From Callorhinchus milii (Eukaryota): a stretch of 64,000 nucleotides of DNA. A program made the translations under genes and the position numbers. The stretch covers positions 115,322,001 to 115,386,000 of the forward strand of contig NW_024704742.1 of assembly GCF_018977255.1 (NCBI RefSeq), given 5' to 3'. The notes under the pieces are model-generated. The model was not told where the DNA came from. It ran no database searches and saw only the letters and a list, made by a program, of their open reading frames with translations. This document shows, piece by piece, positions 1-11,064 of the stretch (its first letter is position 1; every line of letters begins with the position of its first letter).

Positions 1-320
1 CTGTACATCTCAAAGTGTCCCTCTTTGGCTGCGCTTTTAGTCATCTTTCCCCACCCCCAATGTGAAAGGAGCTGTATAAATCTGTATTGTATTTTCTTAT
101 AACCTTGATATCCTTTAGTTGACATGAACTTGTCAAATTACTTTTTGGAACCGAAGCTTGATCCTGTGGTCGATCAGAAAACATAGAAACAGGTGACGTA
201 TTTGATTAGTTGTGATACACATGCAAACCAGGAATTATGGTGGATGGAACTTTCATTTCTGTAACAAAACTTCTCCCTTATCAACTAAATAGGGCAACAA
301 GTTATTATCTCAGTACAGAG

Positions 321-519
321 ATAATAATCCCTCCAAAAAAAATAACAAATTGGACATTTCAATCCACGACTGTTTGTGGGACACTGCTGTGCACAATTGG
401 CTGCCGCATTTCTCCCAAAAATATACAGTCAATTCACTTTACAGTATATTCTGTGAAGTGCTTTGAGACGTCTAGAAGACATGAAAAGTGTTATATCAAA
501 TGCAAGGATTATTATTAAT
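321..519 (+). mobile_element. 5'-truncated copy of the young tRNA-headed Deu-type SINE
   Basis: Core TTTGTGGGACACTGCTGTGCACAATTGGCTGCCGC, then ...GTGAAGTGCTTTGAGACG...TATATCAAATGCAAGGATTATT tail; collinear with the full copy at 37314-37632. Confidence 0.9.
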
Positions 520-878
520 AAGAATGCATTGCGGTTATGTCCTGCAGCCAGAAATTCTACCCACAAAAATACAAAGTCACTGCGCTTTACAGTAAATCCT
601 GCAAAGCCCTTGGAGATGTCCTCCTAATATGAAAGGCTCTATATATCAAATGTAAGCATTATTATGCTGATACAGGCGTGATGGGCCGAATGGCCTCCTC
701 CTATTGCTGTAAATTTCTATGATTCTATTCTTATTATCATACATTTCAGGGCTGTTTGTCAGACATTGCTGTTTTCAAATTGGCTCCCACATTTATATAC
801 TAATACACATTTACTGTATATAGCTTTACAGAAATGACATGAAGCACTACAGATTTTCTCAACATTATAGATGCTACA

Positions 879-1156
879 TCAAATTCTAGGAGAATTAGTA
901 TTATTTTCACTCTTGAATTTCAACAATATTTCCTGAAGTGATGTTATACTGTCATCTGCTGGCAGCAGCAGGAAGTGATCCATAAGTGTTCGGAATTCAC
1001 CCACAAGAAAATGTAATGAGAAAGAATTAAGAAGCAAAAAGAGAAGCAAGACAAGTTTACTTCTTCCACTATAATTTGAAGCTTTACTGTTAGATTTACT
1101 TGAAGCAAGATCTTTTGTTGGTTTGAAAAAGCCTTTCTGGAAATATTGCATCAAAT
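879..1156 (-). CDS. Candidate terminal coding exon, product unknown (DLMQYFQKGFF...NSPRI*, one hydrophobic stretch)
   Basis: Unique-looking sequence, acceptor CTTTCAG at 1157-1163, 92 codons to stop; phase matches the candidate exon at 1265-1329; no homolog recognised. Confidence 0.3.
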
Positions 1157-1264
1157 CTGAAAGTCGACAACAACTTGCATTTATGTTACACCCTTTGCAC
1201 AGAATAGCATCTCAGAGCACTAGTTGTACAGTAGATGGAGATAGGATAGTTGACTTAATTTTAC

Positions 1265-1329
1265 CTGGTATTAATGTTTGCCATTTATGTTCATTACTAG
1301 AAACTCTAAGCCCTCTGGGTTTGCAAATT
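1265..1329 (-). CDS. Candidate small coding exon (ICKPRGLRVSSNEHKWQTLIP)
   Basis: Donor CAG|GTAAAA, acceptor ACTAG; phase-1 end fits 879-1156. Caveat: much of the putative intron is an L2 tail. Confidence 0.2.
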
Positions 1330-1364
1330 CTAGTGTTGGTTTAACAGGATGGTTAATGTTTTAC

Positions 1365-1962
1365 CTCAAGGCTGGACTCTCTCCTCGCCGGCCTTCCCGG
1401 CACCTCCCTCCACAAGCTGCAGGTCATTCAGAACCCTGCAGCTCATGTACTGTCCCGCACCAGGCTTCGGGACCACATCACTCCCACCCTCGCTCGCCTC
1501 CACTGGCTCCCCATCCCCAGAGGATCGAATTCAAGATCCTCATCCTCACCTACAAGGCCATTCACGGCCTTGCTCCCTCCTACCTCTCCGACCTACTATC
1601 CCCCTACTTACCTGCCCGTACCCTCCGTTCCTCTGGCCCCGGTCTGCTCCACATCCCCCGCCCCAACCGCCCTACCATCGGTGGCCGGGCCTTCAGCCTC
1701 TCAGCCTCTAGGCTCTGGAACTCCATCCCCCAGTGCCTTCGCCTTGTCTCCTCCCTTTCCTCCTTCAAGGCCGGTCTCAAGACCTTCCTCTTCAACCGTG
1801 CCTTCACCTCCCCTCTCGACTCTCTACTCCCTCCTTGCTCCCTCCCTTCCCTCCCCCTGACCATTTCCCCCCTACTCAGGTCCCGACCCAACTGTCCAGC
1901 GCCTTGGGACGTCCTCCCGACGTGAAAGGCGCTCTATAAATGCAATCATGTTGTTGTTGTTG
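1365..1962 (+). mobile_element. L2 LINE 3' fragment (ORF2 C-terminus and 3' UTR)
   Basis: Translation RIEFKILILTYKAIHGLAPSYLSDLL...GGRAFS...LWNSIP...SFKAGLKTFLF; 3' stem-loop GCGCCTTGGGACGTCCTCCCGACGTGAAAGGCGC; (GTT)n tail. Confidence 0.95.
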
Positions 1963-1967
1963 TTTAC

Positions 1968-2590
1968 GCTTCGCTCACAGAATGCACTGTACAATATATT
2001 CTGTGAAGTGCTTTGAGGCATCTCAGCAACATGAGAAGGCGCTATATCTAATGCAAGGATTATTTGTCATTATTATATTATATTATAATAACAATCCTTG
2101 CTTTAGATATAGGGCCTTATCATGTTTCCGAGATGTCTCAAAACGCTTTACAGAATATACTGTAAAGTGAATTGACTGTATCTTTTGTGGGAGAAACACA
2201 GCAGCCAATTGGCCACAAACAGTCGTGGATTGAGTGACCCAATTAAATAACACCACAATACAGTCCATTCGGGCAATATATAGTCAGTATATTCTGTGAA
2301 GAATTTTGAGATGTCTCAAGACTTTTAAGCTGTATCAAATGCAAGGATTATTATAATTGTTATTAAAGTTCTGACTCTGTTTTTAACTCTGAGAGAGGGA
2401 CGCATTTGGGTGTTAAGTGCTTGGAACACAATCCACGACTGTTCATGGGCTACTCCTCTGCGCAATTGGTTCCCGCGTTTTGCTCACAAAACATATAGTA
2501 ATTAACTTGATAGTATATTTTGTGAAGGGCTTTGAGACGTCTCAAAGACATGATAAGGCATTATATCAAATGCAAGGATTATTATTATTC
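1968..2590. mobile_element. Cluster of about four SINE 3' fragments in both orientations
   Basis: Repeated TATTCTGTGAAG...CAAGGATTATT units at about 1968-2085(+), 2086-2240(-), 2280-2360(+), 2428-2590(+). Confidence 0.85.
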
Positions 2591-2644
2591 ATATCTACTT
2601 TTATCACATCTTATATAAAGATCTATGTATACAGTACATATTAT

Positions 2645-2990
2645 TAATAATAATAATCTTTACATTTCATTTCGCACCTTTCTCTTGAGGAGGCAGGATG
2701 CACTGTAAAGTGGACTAAGTGTACATTTTGTAGGTGAACCCAGTAGCCAATTTATACATAGCAATGTCCCACAAACAGCGAATGACCAATTTTATTCAGA
2801 GGATTGTTGGCCAGGATACTGGGAGAAACACCCTTCTCTTTTCAAATTGTTATCTTTATAGTCCCCTATAAAGCAGGCCTCGTTTTTAAATGTCTCATCT
2901 GAAAGACGGCACCTCTAACAATTCAGCACACCCCCAGCACTGTATTGGAGTGTCATCATAGATTATATGAGTTCCAAGTCCTGGATGAGC
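2645..2990 (-). mobile_element. Older Deu-domain SINE (SacSINE1-like)
   Basis: Reverse complement has AGAGGTGCCGTCTTTCAGATGAGAC...GTATCCTGGCCAAC...TGTTTGTGGGACATTGCT, the Deu-domain layout. Confidence 0.8.
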
Positions 2991-3534
2991 TGTCATATCA
3001 GGTATTTATCATCTTGAAACAACCAAAAGAAAAAAAATCTTTTCTGAAGTAACTATGAACTGCAGTGAAGTTGAGCTCACACTTAAAAAAAACTTCAGAA
3101 ATGCAGGCAGTAATCTGATGTTAAACATGGAGACATAACGCAGTAATCCAATGTTAAGAGCAGTTCTGGTAAAATCTAATATCTGATGTTTCATTGAGAT
3201 AATCTGGTTAATCAGCGATGTTAAATGAAACATTCAGCTCAGAAACAAAATAATTCTGTGGCTCAAGGCGGAATCCTGTTCACTGCTCAGATGGTGGTTG
3301 AATCACCCTCCTCTTTTCTTCAGCGAATCTGATTCACTTTTAAAGTGTTCAGAGGGAAGCAGATAGATAGCTACTTGACAACCATGTAATTTGGGGTATG
3401 AATGATAAAGCCTTCTTAAGGTGTTAATCGGGTCTTTTTGGTTTTCAACCAGTGGTAAGCATAGCAATGGTCTTTTACAGTGCCAGACAAACTAAATATC
3501 ATAGAAACCATACAAATTGATGACAACATTTTTA

Positions 3535-3659
3535 CAGGGTGGTCGCGGCAGGTGATTTTATGTGGCCCGCCACCATTTCCAATCTTCCAACTTCCGCTCC
3601 CTCGGCAGATACATGACAACATTTACTGCCCGCGGCAGCCAAAAGGTTGGACCACCTTG
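3535..3659 (-). mobile_element. hAT (Charlie-like) MITE remnant
   Basis: Ends CAGGGTGGTC...GACCACCTTG (9/10 inverted match); minus strand begins CAAGGTGGTCCAACCTTTTGGCTGCCGCGGGC; no 8-bp TSD seen. Confidence 0.55.
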
Positions 3660-3844
3660 ACATAGAAGAAAGCCATTCAGCCCATTGTGTCTGTGCTGGC
3701 TTCTTTAAGAGCAATTATTTCAGTCCCATTTACCCTTTTAAGGTATTTGTCTACAAGGAAACAACAACTTGTATTTATATATAAATATATAAAAACATTT
3801 ATATTTTGCCCGCCCGCCTCGCCTGCCACTATTGGCTAACCTTA

Positions 3845-3999
3845 ATTGCCTCCTTCAAGACCCATCTCAAGACCCTCCTCTTCGACTGTGCTTTCGATCT
3901 CCCTGCTTCCTCATCACCCTCCCCGACCCCAACCTCCAGCTCGGGACAGAAACTCTGTCTGTTCAGCGCCTTGGGATGTCCTCCCGATGTGAAAGGTGC
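3845..3999 (+). mobile_element. L2 3' fragment
   Basis: SFKTHLKTLLF motif and CAGCGCCTTGGGATGTCCTCCCGATGTGAAAGGTGC stem-loop; the simple-repeat tail is missing. Confidence 0.85.
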
Positions 4000-4245
4000 T
4001 GTAATGTGTAAATAATATGTATAAGTAACTATATAACATTATTTAAGGGAAATTATTTAAGTTATGTGTGATTGTCATATTTGCTCCCTTTGTTGCATAC
4101 CTTCTATTGTGTATTCCTTATCTGCAAGATAGCCTAGGGTTGCTAGGTTTTAATAAAAAGCTGTTTTTTCTACTGAATGTATCCTCGAGTCTTCAGTATT
4201 CTAGACAAGAAAAGGAGTAAGCACTTTGGAGGGTAGTTGTCAACA
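4000..4245 (+). mobile_element. Possible solo-LTR-like element
   Basis: Starts TGTAAT exactly where the L2 end is cut, internal AATAAA near 4152, ends CAACA; no TSD found. Confidence 0.35.
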
Positions 4246-4429
4246 TCAGGTCTACTAGTGCGAGTAGACTCCAATTAGATATTCCAGTTACCGGGCATTG
4301 GGGTTAACTGGGAATACTTGCCTGTGTGTGACTCTGACTTGGTTGAGTCACTTTTGAAATAGTGACTCACACTGAGAGGTTAGAAGAGAAGCAAAGGCCA
4401 CTTAGTATAAAAGCGTTAATAAAATTCGC

Positions 4430-5010
4430 ATGAAGATCAAGGGGTGAGGACCATTGCGACATGATCTCGTTCCCTCTTAAAGGCCAATATGGATCTTGCC
4501 CTCAATCACCACTTCCGGCAGTGCATTTCATAGCCGACATGAAAAAATTCTCATGATCTCCCCATTCGCTCGTTTAATCACTATCTTAAATTGATTCCCA
4601 CTAATCACTGACTCACTGACCAGTGAACATAATTTCTCTCTCTTGACTCTATTAAAACCTCTGCTAATTAAAAAAATTCTCTATCAAGTCACACCTCAAC
4701 TTTCTTACCTTCTTTATTCCAGCGGAAATAGGCCAAACCACACATCTCTGATATCACCCTAGTAAATCTCCACTGTTCTACCTTGATGTCTTTCCTAAAG
4801 TGGGGTGAACAATACTGGACACAATATTCTAACTGCGGTCTAACACGTTACCTCTTTGCTTTTGTATTCCATACCATTATTTAGAAAACTTAAGGTTCCA
4901 TCAGCTTTTTTTGACAGCTTTTCCCATCTGCATTTCTACCTTGAAGCATTGATGTATATTAATCCCCAAGACCTTTTGCTCCTCCACTTCTTTTAATATT
5001 TTCCAGCATG
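4430..5010 (-). mobile_element. CR1 LINE 3' fragment, decayed
   Basis: Minus-strand VRPQLEYCVQYCSP resembles the CR1 RT C-terminal motif. Confidence 0.8.
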
Positions 5011-5049
5011 GTAAGTCCTTTTAATAATAATATCCTTTCAATAATTTAC

Positions 5050-5241
5050 TAATCCCAATATCAAAGGCAAAAATGAGGTCCAGTATGAGGCAATTTCAAA
5101 CAAAATTCCTTGATAAAGAATACAAATAATAACTCCTCTGGTAAACAAAAGTGCATCACGAACATCTCGTTGACTTGCGGAAACTCTGTTCTGCAAGTCG
5201 ATTGCAGAAGAGAAGTTTTTGTGGATTGGCGTGAAGTAGTT
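5050..5241 (-). CDS. Candidate coding exon, 64 codons with hydrophobic C-terminal half
   Basis: AAATCAG acceptor, weak TTA|GTAAAT donor, only one frame open to the donor (NYFTPIHKNF...YWTSFLPLILGL). Confidence 0.25.
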
Positions 5242-5581
5242 CTGATTTCCTTGTTAAGGAATCTTGTTGGAAATTGTTACATGTCAGACCTCACTTAGTA
5301 AATAACAATAACAGCAACAACAACAACAACAAATTAGATTTGTATAGCGTCTTTCATGTCAAATAGGTTGCTTTTCACAGTTCCTTTTCAGATTGTTGTT
5401 ATGGAAACCGTGAACCAATTCTATTTGTGTTTCATTTATTGGAGGCTTCTCTTTTCTAATGAATGGGTTTCTCCTCTGGAGCTTTGCCCTTGTGCTTTAC
5501 ACTATGCCGGGTGTGCCAGATGGCAAATCCTTTAGAAATATATTGAAGATGATATCTCAGCGAAGACAGATTGCGGAGCTG

Positions 5582-5856
5582 TTAATGCAAGCATGTGATG
5601 GACCTGAGCCAGCTGGAGTGTTTAGAATCCTTATTATTAGAGCCTATTTGTACTTTTAAAGCCCGACCTTTCATTCTGACTGGTTCTTTCCCATGGCTAA
5701 GTCCCAAAGTACTGAATATACAGCTTCCTGGCAATGATAAAAAGGAGTTCTGTTTGACGAGATGTTTGGGGCAGAACCAGGCTTTATTTTCGTCAGTGAT
5801 AGAATCACATCTGCTCACATTATCCTCTGGTTCATAAATGTAAGTAGTTCCTCTAT
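5582..5856 (-). CDS. Candidate coding exon (DRGTTYIYEPEDNVSRCDS...ITCLH*)
   Basis: GGCAG acceptor, 91 codons to stop, phase-compatible with 7579-7690. Confidence 0.25.
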
Positions 5857-6939
5857 CTGCCAGTCCAAATATGAGCTACTTAAATGTTATTGAGAGATTA
5901 TTGTGCTATAAGTACACCATCCATGTTACTTTTCTTGCTCAATTACAGCAGTAATTCGTGCCAAAATTTAGATCAGCATTTACTTGCTCAGCACCAAAGT
6001 GCAAGCATTGAGTAGAGAACAGAGATGGCTGATGCAGTAACAGGCTCATCAAAGAATAGCAACGATTAAAGAGGCAGCAGGCAGCACAAGTAGATTATTC
6101 CAGGATAATGAAGCAGAACCACTTAAACACAGTTGGCTGGTTCCATACATTACTGTCTCCAGGTAAGCCTCAGGCACTTTCTACAGCCTCTGTTGGACTT
6201 TAATAATTAGTTATTTTGCAAATATTGCAGATCAAAAGGCTTCTGATATTCGCAAACAGAAGCTTCAACACACACCAGAAATATATCTGAGCATTGCTGA
6301 TTAGGCTTCAATATTTATTGCAGATTAAAATTCACAATTGAGTGCTTGAAATCCTTGGGGGAAAGCGACAGTCTGTCTGTCTGAAGTGGCTGTGTGAGAG
6401 AAATTCCTCCTGAGTCCAGATTACTCTTTTTTTNGAGCAATTCAGACCATTCAGAATTTGGCAAGTTAATTTTGAAACCCGTTTCCAGTAAGTTCTTTTA
6501 AGAAGCCTCAAAAAGGGGTTGGGACATTAGGTAGGATTTATTTTTTAGCCTTCCCCCTTATTGAAGACTGGAGCTGCTACTGTTGGGGTAAATGTGTCAA
6601 CAAGGTTATAGAAAGAGTTCCTATTTGAAGAGGGTATCTTAAACTCTCACCTTCCAGTGTTTGCTGAATTGCCATAATGCAGTTGGGAAGTTGGGAGAGG
6701 GACATTTGACAGGTGCCACAGTCACCCAATCAACCCCGACACCTACATCTCACTACTTCCAGCACCAGTTGCCTGATCACTTATATGATTACGCACTGAC
6801 TAGAAGCCTGTAGTCACTGACTATTTTATTTGTAATTATAATTTGAGCTGTCTTTTCAGTTTCAAGTAAGTTTTGCTGGGGAAATCCCCACAGAACTTGG
6901 AGTTAGATTCTTCGAACAAAACAACAGCATGGATGCTCT

Positions 6940-8160
6940 CGTGTTTGTGTATGTGTAGATCTATGTGTTTGTGTGTGTGAGTGGGTGTGTACCTGTGAAT
7001 GGATGTGTGGCAGTATGTATGTGTGTATTTGTGCCTGTTTGTGAGTTTGTGAGTTCACATTTGTATGTGACTGCTTATATGTTTGTTTATGCATGTGTAT
7101 AGATCACTAGATTGGTTCAGCCATTTGATCTCTTTCTTTCAAAATACCCACTCTACCGTCTTCCCATCATAGCACCAGACTATTTTATACATTAACGCCT
7201 GAGTGTGTGTTTATATGTGCTTGTGTGTGTGCACAAGTGTGTGTGCCTGTGTGTGTGTGGGTGAGTTTTGTTTTGCTATTACCAAAATCCAACACAAGGT
7301 GGCAATTACTGACCACACTTCAGAGTCAGAACACACAAAAGGAAGACTATTTGGAAGATTTATTTGCCTAAGCAAATTGACCCAGAACTTGAGGAAAATG
7401 CAATATGTAAACTATTAATTTCCAAATAATTGCGATCAAATTTTCTATTGCACATTTCTATTTGTTCGGGGTTAAACTAGGTGATTGTGTTTACAACTGG
7501 AAAACAATGGTGGCTCATGAAAGAACCACACCTTTGTCTGTTCAGCTCTGAGCCTCATGCTGAAAACATCTTTCTTACCAGTATGGGGCAGCCCCTTCCA
7601 GAATTGCAAATCATTGTCATTGCAAATCATACAAATTTGCTTTGCCATTAATTTCAAAACATTATCACTGTTTTTGTGTGTATCAATGTTCTGCAAGGAA
7701 TGTTGTGCATCAATGTAAAGGCACTGTGACTGTTGAATGTGAATGGTGGGTGTAAATATGTATAAATGTGTTTGTGAATATGTGTGAATGTTGGGCGTGT
7801 TTGAATGCTGTGTGTGTGAATGTTGCGTGTAGTTGTGTGTAAATGTGTGTGAGTGTGTGAAACTGTATATGCATGTGAAAGTTGTGCATGTGAGTGATGT
7901 GTGTGGTTGTGTTGAATGCATGTGTGTGTGTTTGAATGTTGTGCTTGTGGCCTTCAGCCTCTCTGCCGCCCACCCTCTGGAACTCCACCCACATTCCCTT
8001 CACCTCGCTCCTTCCCTTGCGTCCTTCAAGGCACTCCTCAAGACCCTCCTCTTCGGCCACCTCCTATCCTCTCTGCCCTCCACCCTCCCTGATGTGTTGG
8101 AATGTCTGTGTGTGAGTGTGTGTGTGTGAATGTCGTGTATGGTTGTGTGTGAACGTGGGT
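6940..8160. repeat. Degenerate (TG)n microsatellite tracts at about 6940-7100, 7203-7262, 7735-7945 and 8095-8160, with an L2 fragment at about 7948-8090
   Basis: Visible TG/TGAA repeats; embedded GGCCTTCAGCCTC...CTCTGGAACTCC...TCCTTCAAGGCACTCCTCAAGACCCTCCTCTTC matches the other L2 copies. Confidence 0.9.
7579..7690 (-). CDS. Candidate coding exon (NIDTHKNSDNVLKLMAKQICMICNDNDLQFWKGLPHT)
   Basis: Acceptor TTCCTTGCAG, donor CTG|GTAAGA, 112 nt, one open frame. Confidence 0.3.
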
Positions 8161-10579
8161 GCTGTCTGAATAAGATCTCATATTTTATCATTCAAGCATT
8201 TTTTCAGCCCTCGGGTTTAAAACTAGGACTTTTTTAAAGTAGCTTTTATCCACTTTTAACTGGAATGGTCCCTTCATTCTTCCCGATCAGTCTTTAGTGA
8301 AATCAGTCTTAACACAAAAAAAACTGGGGAACATCTTCGGCTGATTACAAAAGATAACCTTTCAGCCTCTTCTTGTTTCTTTAGAATGCGAAATCTCATT
8401 GCAAACAAGTAGGAAAAAAATCACTAAACAGTAGTTAGTAGAGTAAGAGAGTGTGTGAGGATAGTGTTTGTTTAGTCAGATGCAGTTCATCATGAACTCT
8501 TCAGCTATCGTTTTCAGATGGAAATACAGTATATCGAATTAGTAATTTAATATTTACAAAATACATAATATATTTCAGTGAGATGCTAAGACGTTTGCCA
8601 AAGATAATCAGTGGTTTCAGATCTATTTATCTATAGACTGATCAGCTTCTCAGAGCTATTAAACTAAAGACTGATTGTTTTTTGATCATTATTTGAAATA
8701 TGATATAGTCTGCTTTTTGCTGAACCAAAGAAATTGGCCTTTAATAAAATAAAGAGAATTGAATAAAACACAACTCTCCCTCCATTGAATCCTGCAAGCT
8801 CTTATTACAAGGAACCTGTTCTTAATTTGTGCCAATTACTCTGTATATGTTAGCTGCATGAAGAAACATTTAGCAAGTCTTTGGCCATTTCGTAGTTTTT
8901 TTTATCTTGACAATTTCCCCTGATGTTGAGGTGCTGGTGAGTTAGATGGTATTGTTACATTGTTTGTGTGTAAAGACTGAATATGGAGATGGTGCCCTTC
9001 AAAAGTCAATCTTTGACTAAATCATATCAATATTAACACATGGGCAGTGACCTACAGAAAACTGCCTCCATAAGTTAATTTATTCTCTGTAATACACAGC
9101 AAAATGTTGTACAGAAGGTTTCCCGGCACTGGGGTCTTTAGTCTTTCTGAGTATTTGTGTGAGCATCCTGTCAGCTCATAAATTATTAGTGTAGCCAGAC
9201 AATGAATGGTGAGCCTTTGTCATCTCCCTGCCTGGTTTGTCCGTCACTCTAGTCCCAGCCTCTCAGACAGTCTTGCTCTCTCCCCAGGCACGTCCTTCCA
9301 CAGACCTGTCATTCCTTGGGCCTGACAGGCGATGTGTTTTTCCCAGCAGCCTAGAGCAGGCATTTTAATTTCACAAGATTCCTAAACACATTCCATTGCT
9401 TAATTGATACCACAAGTTTGATCCTATATATTCCTTTATTTGAGCGGGATCTCCTTGGGGCTGAACTGGCTCCAGGTGACATGCCTAGCGATGGAATGTC
9501 AGAATTGTGCCAGCCCTCTGTAGCAATCTCGGTAGTCCGGTTCCTGAGCCAGGCGGGTCCACGGTGCTCCAGGACACTGCTGATGACAGCACAGCCAGCC
9601 TGGCTCATCGGTGGGACCTGGCAGGGCAGACTAGTCACTGGGGGCAGGGAGTCAACCCACTAAGCTCCTGTTAACCCTGGAAGCCAAAGCCCTAATGGGT
9701 AGGGTGGTCTTAGTTGGACCAGCAGTAGGAAAGCCAGAACAAATGATGAAAGGAGGAACTCCAAAGGGTTTCAAAAAGGATGTCAACTAAAAGGATTCAG
9801 AGTTATTAGAAAGATACATGGATGGAATCTTGTGGGAAATCAGATGGGTAGATGAGAGAGACCAATGGTCAACAGAATGTAAGATTTCCTCTTTTAAGTT
9901 TAAAGATTCATAGTAGAAAAACGCCATTTTTCTACTATGAACCTATAACACTTAAAAGAGGAAAGCTTACATTCTGTCCCATTTTAATGGGCACACAATC
10001 TAAACACTCACCGACCTTGATTCCAGGAGAGCAGCGTTTTAATAAATCGTTCACTGGGTTTAATTAACGATTTCTATATATAGCTCGGATGTTTAGAGAT
10101 TGCCAAGCTTGCACTTTATCCGCATTTCTCTGAACGCCTGCATCATCACTGGAGACAATGGAATTTGTGCTGCAAAATTCTCTTTTTTTTTGTTTAGTTC
10201 CTTTTAGGGAACCTGTTCCAAATTTTATGAAAAATTAAAATAATTGAACGCCCTTGAGTGAGACAATTGTTAAGCAATTGCTCCTTGCATTCTGAGAGAA
10301 GAAATTTCAGATGGAGCAATTGCATTCTGCTCCATGCATTCTGCTTTCTCGCCGTGTTATATAAAAAAGATCAATCTTCCCAAATTTCAATTGAATTAAT
10401 TTTGTAGCTTTTTTTTAAAAAAGCCTTTCCTCATAACAAAATGTGTTATTATTAATAATATTCTCTGCTGGCGAATTGCTTCACCCCATCAACCGACAAA
10501 TTACTTTGCAAGGCATAACTCCTACTCACTCTTCTGGTGCAAATGATTTATATCATTATAATCCTTGCATTTGATCTAA

Positions 10580-10897
10580 ATTCCCAGTAGGGCGAAATGT
10601 TGGGCAAGTTTCCTTACTCCACATGCCTCTGTTTGCCTAGCAGTAAGTCGGAACCCCGTTGTTAGTCGATTGGCGGATTGCTTTTCCGGGGCAAATAATT
10701 CCTTCAAAGAAAATAACAATAAATTGGACACTTCAATCCCCGAATGTCTGTGGGACACTGCTGTACGCCATTGGCTGCCGCGTTTCACCCACAAAAATAT
10801 ACAGTCAATTCGCTTTGCAGAATATTCTGTGAAGTGCTTTGAGATGTCTCGAAGATGTGATAAAGCCAATATCAAATGCAAGGTTTATTATTATTAT
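10580..10897 (+). mobile_element. Young Deu-type SINE, long variant, head truncated
   Basis: AGGGCGAAATGTTGGGCAAGTTTCCTTACTCCAC, extra TGTTTGCCTAGCAGTAAG...GATTGGCGGA segment, core and tail. Confidence 0.9.
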
Positions 10898-11064
10898 AAC
10901 CTTTCATGTCAGGATTTATTGTAGAGTGTGATGACTCTGCGTTTTGCAGGTTAACTCCTATTTACTTGCTGTAAAGGACATTCAAAGCTCATAATTTCTC
11001 CTAACCTATAAAATCATTTTGTCTTAAAATGTAAGATTGTGCAGACTTGTAGCTTGGAGTTACA

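Noticed and set aside
237..518. Recurrent ORF family with [10 protein letters not shown] / [12 protein letters not shown] peptides
   Set aside because: Translations of the SINE core in varying frames and strands, not a gene family
1278..1925. 215-aa ORF (and the 227-aa ORF at 61260-61943) as host genes
   Set aside because: L2 ORF2 C-terminal remnants with arbitrary starts
879..5241. CAMLG/GET2-like identity for the hydrophobic exon candidates
   Set aside because: Only a faint remembered resemblance, and the exon phases do not join; no symbol assigned
6434..6434. Single N base
   Set aside because: Assembly ambiguity at the end of a T run
6903..8191. His/Thr- and Cys/Val-rich ORFs
   Set aside because: Produced by (TG)n microsatellites
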